Below are positions 56,242 through 64,000 of a stretch of DNA of 64,000 nt, piece by piece. The translations under genes were made by a program, and so were the position numbers. The stretch's first letter is position 1, and each line of letters opens with the position of its first letter. The notes under the pieces were generated by a model. That model saw only the letters and a list, made by a program, of their open reading frames with translations, was not told the origin of the DNA and searched no databases. Origin of the DNA: a virus. The DNA is taken from the IMG/VR virus record IMGVR_UViG_3300042301_003774, positions 7,518 through 71,517 of that record. One strand, written 5' to 3'.

Positions 56242-56911
56242 TCAACCAATTAGTGTGGTAATATCAACACGTAAAATAGATGACACATATCTAAAGCATG
56301 TTGAAAAAATGTTTTCACACCCTAAAACTCAAATACTGGTTTACGAAAATGATGGTGTTTCATCATTACCAGAAATATATAACGAAGGATTGAATGAAGC
56401 AACGAATGATATTATTGTTTTTATGCATGATGATCTTGTTTTGGAAACAAAGAACATTACCCCCAAAGTAATTAAATTATTTGAAACCAATCCAGAGTAT
56501 GGTATAATTGGTTTAGCTGGTACCGATAACTTATTGAGTGGTATGTGGTGGCAAGACAGAACATCTATGTATGGGGTTGTTGGGCATGAGCATGAAGGTA
56601 AACGACATGTTAACCATTACTCTAAAGAATCTTACTCAGAAAAACTGAAAGAGGTTGTTGTTGTAGATGGTTTATTCATTATGGTACATAGGGGTAGAAT
56701 TAAACATAAATTCAATGAACAGTTTGAAGGGTTTCATTTTTATGATTTACCAATCTGTGTTGAAAACCATTTAGATGGCGTTAAGATCGGAGTTACAACT
56801 AAGATCATGGTAACACATAAATCAATTGGTATGGTTAACAAAAAATGGGAAAAGAATAAATTTTTATTTGAAGCATTGTATGAAAAAAACTTTCCGTTGA
56901 AAGTTTCGTAA
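56228..56911 (+). CDS. glycosyltransferase-like protein (GT-A)
   Basis: YNEGL..A..DIIVFMHDD, VDGLF, GFHFYD motifs. Confidence 0.75.
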   Translation: MSKINQPISVVISTRKIDDTYLKHVEKMFSHPKTQILVYENDGVSSLPEIYNEGLNEATNDIIVFMHDDLVLETKNITPKVIKLFETNPEYGIIGLAGTDNLLSGMWWQDRTSMYGVVGHEHEGKRHVNHYSKESYSEKLKEVVVVDGLFIMVHRGRIKHKFNEQFEGFHFYDLPICVENHLDGVKIGVTTKIMVTHKSIGMVNKKWEKNKFLFEALYEKNFPLKVS

Positions 56912-56955
56912 TTTGTGTTTATATTTATATCTTTGCAAGAGTTCTTTAAAATAAT

Positions 56956-57361
56956 GGGGGTGTCTGGTATTGATTGGCGTTGATATGGTAAATGGGCACG
57001 TAGTCAGACTTCATCTATGACTTAAATCTATGGTGGAAAATTTTTAGACGGCAACGTTTACAACAACATGGAAGTAGCTGGTTTACTAGCAACTACCAAA
57101 GTAGCAGCCTAACCAAGTTAGGTTCTACAACGGGTCGACTGGCGTATAACCTTGGAACAGAAGCCTTCAAAGTGTGATACCACTCTAGAGTGTCAGGAGT
57201 CTCGTTAGAGGTGCTACTTCAATAAAAGTGAACCTCCCACAGTTATAGGTAATGATGGAAAAATTAGAACCTTTTATTTGTCTATTGTGAATAATAGAAT
57301 AAACGTGTAGGCCATCTACGATATGGCGAGCAAGACACGGGTTCGACTCCCGTCACCTCCA
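56956..57361 (+). ncRNA. ssrA: tmRNA
   Basis: GGGGGTG/CACCTCC-A acceptor with G3:U70, T-arm ACGGGTTCGACTCCCGT, tag ORF ending VAA-stop (57050-57112), TATCTTTG promoter and downstream terminator. Confidence 0.88.
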
Positions 57362-57414
57362 CTCTAACCCTTACAGAAATGTAGGGGTTTTTTGTTTGGT
57401 AACTATCTAAACGA

Positions 57415-57508
57415 ACAAAGGAGCCGTTAAAGCTCCTTTGCCGAGATCGAATACCTCCTTTTCGTTTAATTTATTTTATCAACTCACGGTGACCAAACCA
57501 TGACTATC
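57415..57508 (-). ncRNA. putative small RNA (sRNA-B) with SD-like core
   Basis: TATTTATA on minus strand at 57512-57519, 5' hairpin, AAAAGGAGGT, terminal hairpin AAAGGAGC/GCTCCTTT. Confidence 0.4.
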
Positions 57509-57528
57509 AATTATAAATATTTGTATTT

Positions 57529-58110
57529 TTAATAAATGATCGCGTCAGATCCAGAAACATTTGGATTTTGTGGACTTTTTGTGACAATTTTTGCTCTGTT
57601 TGGTGTTGGCGTTGTTTTATCTGGTGTTGTTGGTGTTGTTTTACCTGGAGTTGTTGGCACTGGTGTTGGTGCCGGTGTTGGTGCTGGTGTTGACGTTGGA
57701 ATTGGTGTCCATTTACCTTCTTTTGAAGAATATGTTTGCCCGTTTTTTAAAGTCATTTTATACCCTGAAGCACCATCACAAACCCATGACCCAACATGTT
57801 TTGTTATTGCCCCACCTAAAAATACAAATGTTTTGTTATTGAAGAATACGTGTTTAGAACCATTTTTTTCAATATGTAATTGACCTTTATCTGCAGTATA
57901 TCTTCTACCAGTAGGGTGTATTGCTTCAATACAAGCAAAAACACCTGACCCAGGAGTTGTCGTTGCCGACCCCCCACTACCTGTGGGTGGTAAAACCCCA
58001 AGACCAGTCCCAGTACCAGTTACAGGTGGTGTAATACCGCCTGTATTTGTGTTGGTAGAACTTGGGGAGGCTACCTGCTCGTTTATTTTTTTATTATTTA
58101 TGATGGACAT
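57529..58110 (-). CDS. Thr/Pro/Gly-rich hypothetical protein
   Basis: INEQ motif, PT repeats. Confidence 0.55.
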   Translation of the reverse strand: MSIINNKKINEQVASPSSTNTNTGGITPPVTGTGTGLGVLPPTGSGGSATTTPGSGVFACIEAIHPTGRRYTADKGQLHIEKNGSKHVFFNNKTFVFLGGAITKHVGSWVCDGASGYKMTLKNGQTYSSKEGKWTPIPTSTPAPTPAPTPVPTTPGKTTPTTPDKTTPTPNRAKIVTKSPQNPNVSGSDAIIY

Positions 58111-59183
58111 GATACTGGTTCAGTTATTTTTTTTGTTTTCTTGTCGATATAATATAACACGTCTTCTTTCCAAATTGTTGGGTAACTGTTTCCAGCCCCA
58201 TCTTTCACGATATATTCACCAGCGGTATCACCCGGCACAACAAACTTAGGATTTCCATTTTTATCACCTAAACAAGAATATTTCTCAACGATTTTTGTTA
58301 AATCTTTTTTAAATGCTGACCAATTTTTATTTGTACCCATTTCTTCAATTCCTTTATAGGCAACATAAAGTACAACCCCAAGCGTAGCAAGTCCAGCTGT
58401 TTTACCTAAAGGTATTTTTTTGCCAAGTTCAACAGCAAACATTGCAAATTGACCAGCTTTTTCTGTAGAATAATCAAACGCCTTGCCTGCAACTTTCAAA
58501 ATAAATTCTGGAGTCCAAGTTTTTTGTGGGCAAGTTTCTAGTATTTTTTTTATTAAATCAGTTGTGCCTAAAGTTGGGTGTTCATTTCTAAGTGTTGCAA
58601 TCGCTTCACTCGTTACTTTATTGTAATCTTTAAGTTTTGAACCATCTATCGTTTTAACTAATTTTAAAAAATTTTCTTGTGTTAAGTCCACTGGTTTAAT
58701 TGGTCTAACAATTTTGTTTACTTCCGCTTTAATATTTTTATCTAAGAGTTGTGCGTCAGTATCTTTTAAAATTGTATTAAATGTCGCTTTAAATTCTTGA
58801 TATTGTGCTTCAGCTACAGCGTCATCAGTAATTGCTTTTAAATCATTGACAAATGTTTTGGCGATAGTGTTTAACACACTTTTTGATGCATCTTTAGCAA
58901 TAGCCCTACTAGTGGCTTCTTTTACAACAGCAATTTCATTGGTGCTTAAAGATCTCAAACCAACTTTATTAAGAATTACTCTAACTTCAGCTTTAGTGTA
59001 GCTTTTAGCCCCAATCGTAATAACATCAGATACTAATATTTTAGCAAGATATTTAGCGAATTGTGATGTCCCTGGAATGCCAGATTCTTCTACCGATTCT
59101 GAGTTTTCTGAAATAATATTTGGTTTAATACCAATAATTTCATGCATTCTTTTTATTTCTTCTAATAGTGCTTTATTTTCCAT
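58098..59183 (-). CDS. hypothetical (putative internal/ejection) protein
   Basis: LLEEIKRM..I...ISE N-terminus, one TM-like segment. Confidence 0.55.
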   Translation of the reverse strand: MENKALLEEIKRMHEIIGIKPNIISENSESVEESGIPGTSQFAKYLAKILVSDVITIGAKSYTKAEVRVILNKVGLRSLSTNEIAVVKEATSRAIAKDASKSVLNTIAKTFVNDLKAITDDAVAEAQYQEFKATFNTILKDTDAQLLDKNIKAEVNKIVRPIKPVDLTQENFLKLVKTIDGSKLKDYNKVTSEAIATLRNEHPTLGTTDLIKKILETCPQKTWTPEFILKVAGKAFDYSTEKAGQFAMFAVELGKKIPLGKTAGLATLGVVLYVAYKGIEEMGTNKNWSAFKKDLTKIVEKYSCLGDKNGNPKFVVPGDTAGEYIVKDGAGNSYPTIWKEDVLYYIDKKTKKITEPVSCPS

Positions 59184-59219
59184 TTTTTTATTTTAATCTT
59201 TTTTATATAAATATTTAAA

Positions 59220-60551
59220 TTAGCATTTAAATTCTTGATTTGTGTCAACTTGAAAAATACCAAATCTAGTTGTATAATATTCCTTCCCGTTTATAATATA
59301 AACATCCCCAAGATTTGTGGTTGCTTTTACTTTAAATAAACCCTTATTGTAAAAGTTTATTAGACAGGGTCTACTGCTCTTATTCATTTCCGCAATTTTC
59401 TTTGCTACGGCCGCAAAATTACCAGATTTTCTATAACTTTCTATATCAGCCTGGGTTTTAACCAAATACTCCTTTTTTTCTTGTGTTAATTTAAGCCCAG
59501 ATAAAACTTCTTCTGGATTTTCTTGAATTTTATTTGAATTCGCGTCAAGACCAAGTAAACGATTCAACGCTTTTATTCCAACTAAACCAATAAATCCCGC
59601 CGCAACACCTTTTGAAATTTTTACAACTACTTTAGCTGTTGTCGAAGGATTATTTTTTATTAGATCATCAACATAACCGTATACCTTTTCAAGAAGCCCG
59701 ATTGTTTTTTGAATAAATTTTTGTAAAGCTTGTGGTACCTTAAGTCCTGATAATAATTTTTTAACATAATCTATTATTGGTTTTACTTTACCCCTTAAAA
59801 TAACCAACTTCCTCAAATTATCACGGTTTGCCAACCATTTTTTAATACCACCTTGACCTAATCTAATTGCACCCATAGAACCAAGAACAAGAAGATCTTG
59901 AATTACTCTACCAACAGCATCTTCATCTTCTTGACCTTGATAATCTAAAAGATATAAATCGTTCAATAAAACAATAGCATTTAATGCCGCAACAGCAATT
60001 GGTACAACAACTGTTTCTGAAAAAATAACACTTATCGCTATTTCAGCCGCAATCGCAGCATCGGTCATTAAAAGCTCTCTCAAATCTAATAGCGCCCCTG
60101 GAATATCCCCACTAATGAGATTAATAAATAAATTATCTCCATCGTCAGAACGATATAAGTGTTTTGTCCCCGTAACAGGAATCATTCTAGCTTCTATATT
60201 TCTTTTATTTTGTGCGTTAACTGACGCAAAATAATCAGAACCAGCTGTCGGTTGTTGAAATTGAAACGTTCGTAATCTTGAACTTTTAGGTGGCGTAATT
60301 TGCTCACTCAATGGATTCGCTCTACCTCTTGTTATTTTGTATGAGTCAGCCCACTTGGTTACACCAATTTGATTTGCGGCGCCTCTAGTAACACCACTCT
60401 CCCATTTAGAAGCACCGGTTTTTTGTTCACCATCGCTAGACGTACCAGCTTCTGGAGCACCTTCACCTTCACCCTGCTCAGTTATTTCCTTATTCAGGGT
60501 TAACTGGGTCACTAGTTCATTCAATTGTTTTTCCGAAATAACTAACTTCAT
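59220..60551 (-). CDS. hypothetical (putative internal/ejection) protein
   Basis: MKLVISEKQL N-terminus, ITEQ/LSEQ sites, hydrophobic helices. Confidence 0.55.
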   Translation of the reverse strand: MKLVISEKQLNELVTQLTLNKEITEQGEGEGAPEAGTSSDGEQKTGASKWESGVTRGAANQIGVTKWADSYKITRGRANPLSEQITPPKSSRLRTFQFQQPTAGSDYFASVNAQNKRNIEARMIPVTGTKHLYRSDDGDNLFINLISGDIPGALLDLRELLMTDAAIAAEIAISVIFSETVVVPIAVAALNAIVLLNDLYLLDYQGQEDEDAVGRVIQDLLVLGSMGAIRLGQGGIKKWLANRDNLRKLVILRGKVKPIIDYVKKLLSGLKVPQALQKFIQKTIGLLEKVYGYVDDLIKNNPSTTAKVVVKISKGVAAGFIGLVGIKALNRLLGLDANSNKIQENPEEVLSGLKLTQEKKEYLVKTQADIESYRKSGNFAAVAKKIAEMNKSSRPCLINFYNKGLFKVKATTNLGDVYIINGKEYYTTRFGIFQVDTNQEFKC

Positions 60552-60646
60552 GTATTATAAATATAAAAAAAATCCGTTTTCTTTTATTTGGATCAATAAA
60601 ATATACGGAATTTAGAGTTTAAAATAAATAGACCTTGAAAGGTTTA

Positions 60647-61015
60647 TTATTCGTCATATATGGTTTGGTCTTCTTGGGCATACAATTTAATGATTTGACC
60701 AGCAACCGCATTAGCCTCATCTTCTATCTCACCACCAATATCCGGCGGTTTAACACCTAACCTACCTTGTTCAAACTGTCTATGATGTACCAACTCATGA
60801 GCAATACTACGCATCACATCAACAAGCATCCTGTTTTTAGCGTTTATTTTAACAACCTTTTCTGGTTTAGTATAATCATAATTTGCGGTAGTTTTTAGGT
60901 CTTTTCTACCATTTTGCAAAACAACTTTAGGGGCGTTTTTAAGCCCTAAGTGATTTTTAGCAAAAATTACAAAATCTTTAAGTTTATCTTTTTGGTCTTC
61001 TGTTAGAAATGTCAT
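60647..61015 (-). CDS. zincin-like metallopeptidase domain protein
   Basis: RSIAHELVHHRQ HExxH plus downstream EDEANA. Confidence 0.65.
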   Translation of the reverse strand: MTFLTEDQKDKLKDFVIFAKNHLGLKNAPKVVLQNGRKDLKTTANYDYTKPEKVVKINAKNRMLVDVMRSIAHELVHHRQFEQGRLGVKPPDIGGEIEDEANAVAGQIIKLYAQEDQTIYDE

Positions 61016-61027
61016 ATAATATAAATA

Positions 61028-61261
61028 TCACAAATTTATTTCTTCTGGTAATTCATTATGCTTTGAATACTCTGTTATAAGTTCAATAATAAATTCATCA
61101 TCAACCTCTGAAAGATCTTCAACAATTGTTGGTGAATAAAATATAATATCATCATAACTTAAGTCCAGTATCCTGTAATAGTCTTCACCATCTTTTTTTG
61201 TTGAAAACTCAATGTAGAGGCCCTCGGTCTCGTCATTCAAATAAAACTCACGTATCTTCAT
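61028..61261 (-). CDS. hypothetical acidic protein
   Basis: 77-aa ORF. Confidence 0.5.
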   Translation of the reverse strand: MKIREFYLNDETEGLYIEFSTKKDGEDYYRILDLSYDDIIFYSPTIVEDLSEVDDEFIIELITEYSKHNELPEEINL

Positions 61262-61354
61262 TCTTAATCGTTAATAACCAATAATTATATCTTTTTTTTT
61301 CAAAATCACTTATTTATAATACAAAAGTTAACATCACTTAATTATATTGATATT

Positions 61355-61678
61355 ATGTTAGATTGGTATTGTATTGAATATTTGTATCCAAATGCGTTTA
61401 AGAAGTTTAACGAATCAATGTTTCCTAATATTGGTGTGTTAAGCATTTCTACATTAGACACATATGATATTAAAAAATTATATAGATTCTTTGATAAGCA
61501 AGAGGTATTTCTTACACTGGAAATGTATAACCCTAATCACTGGGTTTACACCATTTCTTTAACGAATGGTAATATAATTGGCCCAACTCAATTTTCAAAG
61601 GAGTCTAGGGATGATATTGAAAAAGAAGGGTTTTTTGAATGCTTCAAGATATTAGACAAAAAGCTTAGTAACACTTAA
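61355..61678 (+). CDS. hypothetical protein
   Basis: 107-aa ORF. Confidence 0.55.
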   Translation: MLDWYCIEYLYPNAFKKFNESMFPNIGVLSISTLDTYDIKKLYRFFDKQEVFLTLEMYNPNHWVYTISLTNGNIIGPTQFSKESRDDIEKEGFFECFKILDKKLSNT

Positions 61679-61694
61679 GTCACTATTTATCAGT

Positions 61695-61985
61695 ATGTCA
61701 GTTTCTTTTTTATTACAAGCTACAAGAATTTTACACGTAGGTAACTATGATGATAATGACGTCTATATGATATATGATTTCGTAAAGACCATTGACAATG
61801 AAGGAATTTTTGTTTACCATTCTAGTAGTAGTGTATTAAGCTATAATACGGACCTAGATTTATTTATAGAGATAATTGATAGGTTACTAGAAGTGTTTGA
61901 ACTTGTTGAAGACTATGAAAAATGCTTGGTATTAAAAACTAAGAAAGAAGAATGCATTAAAATAAAAAATAAAAAAACAATTTAA
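61695..61985 (+). CDS. hypothetical protein
   Basis: 96-aa ORF with FELVEDYEKC UVR-like motif. Confidence 0.55.
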   Translation: MSVSFLLQATRILHVGNYDDNDVYMIYDFVKTIDNEGIFVYHSSSSVLSYNTDLDLFIEIIDRLLEVFELVEDYEKCLVLKTKKEECIKIKNKKTI

Positions 61986-61986
61986 T

Positions 61987-62133
61987 ATGAGCAATTTATT
62001 TGATTTATCTGAAGAAGAAAAAAAGAAAATCTTAGACAAACATAAAGACGCAACTAAGAGTCATTATGTTAAAAAAGATGAACTTAAAAAAGGTTTACAA
62101 AAACCGGAAGAAAAAAAGAAAACCTCCAAATAG
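61987..62133 (+). CDS. small basic hypothetical protein (48 aa)
   Basis: MSNLFDLSEEEKKKILDKH...; ends in a bidirectional terminator. Confidence 0.5.
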   Translation: MSNLFDLSEEEKKKILDKHKDATKSHYVKKDELKKGLQKPEEKKKTSK

Positions 62134-62145
62134 GAGGTTTTTTTA

Positions 62146-63246
62146 TTAGATAAAAGTTTTGTTCGTTTTAATTTCTTCTTGAACTCTTTTTAATGCAGAT
62201 GCTATTACTTGATGCATATCGTAATATTTGTAGTCAGCTAACCTACCACCGAATATAACATTTTGATCTTTTTTCATTAATTCTTTGTATTGATCATATC
62301 TTGTGTTATTTGCGGAATCGTTTATTGGGTAATAAGGTTCACCTTCGTTTCTTGGATATTCTTCAGTTATAACAGTCTTATTTTGTTTACCAAATTCAAA
62401 ATGTTTATGTTCAATAATTCTAGTATACTCTGTTTCAATATCAGTATAATTAACCACGGCGTTTCCTTGAAAATCATCACAATCTTCTATTTTTGTTTTA
62501 AACTCTAAACTTCTGTAATCCAACTTACCAAAAAGATAATTATAATATCTGTCGATAGGGCCGGTATAAACCACCTTAGTTGATTGATTATCCCAATAAT
62601 TTTTATCTTCAAAATAATCTACATTTAGTTTTACATCAATATTGTGTAATAATTTATCAAAAATTTGTGTATAGCCACCTATTGGAATTCCTTGGTATTT
62701 GTCAAAAAAATAATTATCATCATAGTTTAACCTTATCGGTAACCTCTTAATAATACTTGTTGGTAAAAGCTTTGGCTCCATACCCCATTGTTTGGTTGTA
62801 TAACCCTTAATGAATATTTCATACATATCTTTACCAACTTGAGATAACACCCAATCCTCCAAGTTTCTAGGGTTAGTTATATCATGTTTAACGTCATCTA
62901 ATTTGTCTTTAGCCTCTTGCGGTGTTGTAACATTAAAGATTTGATATAACGTCATTAAATTTATAGGGAATGAATATATCTTACCTTTATAATTTACTTT
63001 AGGTCTATTAACAAAATGATTAAATTCACAAAATTTATTTATATAGTTCCATACTTTATCGTCTGACGTATGGAAAATATGTGGGCCGTATTTGTGTACG
63101 TTTATACCCTCTATTGTCTCAGTATAACAATTACCACCAATGTGATTTCTTTTATCTATAACAAGACATTTAAATCCTTTATCAGTCAGTTCCCTGGCAA
63201 ATATTGATCCAAATAACCCAGCACCAACAATTAAATAGTCATACAT
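62146..63246 (-). CDS. glf: UDP-galactopyranose mutase
   Basis: IVGAGLFG FAD motif, HIGGNCY, HKYGPHIFHT, YQGIP, EPYYP, GRLADYKYYDM. Confidence 0.95.
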   Translation of the reverse strand: MYDYLIVGAGLFGSIFARELTDKGFKCLVIDKRNHIGGNCYTETIEGINVHKYGPHIFHTSDDKVWNYINKFCEFNHFVNRPKVNYKGKIYSFPINLMTLYQIFNVTTPQEAKDKLDDVKHDITNPRNLEDWVLSQVGKDMYEIFIKGYTTKQWGMEPKLLPTSIIKRLPIRLNYDDNYFFDKYQGIPIGGYTQIFDKLLHNIDVKLNVDYFEDKNYWDNQSTKVVYTGPIDRYYNYLFGKLDYRSLEFKTKIEDCDDFQGNAVVNYTDIETEYTRIIEHKHFEFGKQNKTVITEEYPRNEGEPYYPINDSANNTRYDQYKELMKKDQNVIFGGRLADYKYYDMHQVIASALKRVQEEIKTNKTFI

Positions 63247-63869
63247 GGTCTAGAATATACATTTGTAAAAATACTATCATAACCAATAAATCCGCCTACG
63301 TTATCACTAACGCTATCGATTTGTGAAATCATTAATGGATATCCACCCATTTTACTAAATGGTTGCTGCGTCATCCAGGCATCAATTGGTGGGTCAACAT
63401 CTGGATTGTAAGCTAACATTTTATCATAAGCCCTAGATGGTATAATATATGCGTGAACACAATAACAACCGTGAATACGCATTAAGTTGTCATCAATTAA
63501 ATTCAATGGATTATCAAATAGATTCGCGTTAACATAATATATGTCCCAATCATCTCTTTTAAAGAGACTTTCTAACGACTTTTCAAGATGAGTGATTGTC
63601 CCATCTTTAAAAAAAATATCATCTTCTAAAATTAAAATATTTTCTAAATTATTATCTTTAGCATATTGTATTAGATTTCGATGTGATGTACCACTTGCTT
63701 TAACACAATTTTGTGGCGTTCTATTCTCAGCCTTTATTGCACTATATCTTTGTACAAAATTTTCTAACCCATATTTTGACAATTCATTATCCATGTGTTG
63801 TTTTCTATCTGGTCTATCATCTAAATTTATGTACCAAGCTTCACTAACGTAATTTTGTAAAAAACTCAT
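63231..63869 (-). CDS. glycosyltransferase family 25-like
   Basis: YINLDDRPDRK, SH, LILEDD motifs. Confidence 0.8.
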   Translation of the reverse strand: MSFLQNYVSEAWYINLDDRPDRKQHMDNELSKYGLENFVQRYSAIKAENRTPQNCVKASGTSHRNLIQYAKDNNLENILILEDDIFFKDGTITHLEKSLESLFKRDDWDIYYVNANLFDNPLNLIDDNLMRIHGCYCVHAYIIPSRAYDKMLAYNPDVDPPIDAWMTQQPFSKMGGYPLMISQIDSVSDNVGGFIGYDSIFTNVYSRPCMTI

Positions 63870-64000
63870 ATTTGTTTTGTTTTGTTTTATATTATTAAAT
63901 ATTAAAGTAAGATTGTGTTTTCCATTCAAAATCGTTTGAATATGGCCAAATTAATAATTGGGTTGGTATCTGTCTATTTTTAGATCTTTCAAACTTAAAG

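Overview
AT-rich window from a T4-like jumbo phage, most likely infecting Bacteroidota. The host inference rests on TAnnTTTG promoters, Bacteroidota-type signal peptides and lipoproteins, and a bS21 gene inside the head module. The window holds the head module (terminase, portal, prohead protease, scaffold, major capsid), a gp55-like sigma factor, dUTPase, PhoH, glycosyltransferases, Hsp20/ClpC, a Pnk + RNA ligase pair, an 11-kb block of secreted/outer-membrane proteins, 26 canonical tRNAs covering all 20 amino acids in two arrays, a tmRNA and several unannotated structured RNAs. The most striking observation is that each tRNA array is preceded by a short unannotated leader ORF (46278-46376 and 48765-48875) followed by mutually exclusive antiterminator/terminator hairpins. 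The codons of each leader match the tRNAs of its own downstream array, down to the isoacceptor. This points to a multi-tRNA-sensing attenuation system that would switch on phage tRNA supply when host tRNAs are depleted or cleaved. A second highlight is a tandem array of four covarying structured RNAs (GGCTATG...TTACTTCTAA...TTTCC) directly behind a TROVE-like/TerD protein gene. A third is a pair of distant small transcription units that are mutually complementary, one carrying a strong Shine-Dalgarno-like sequence. All calls were made by eye, with no database searches.
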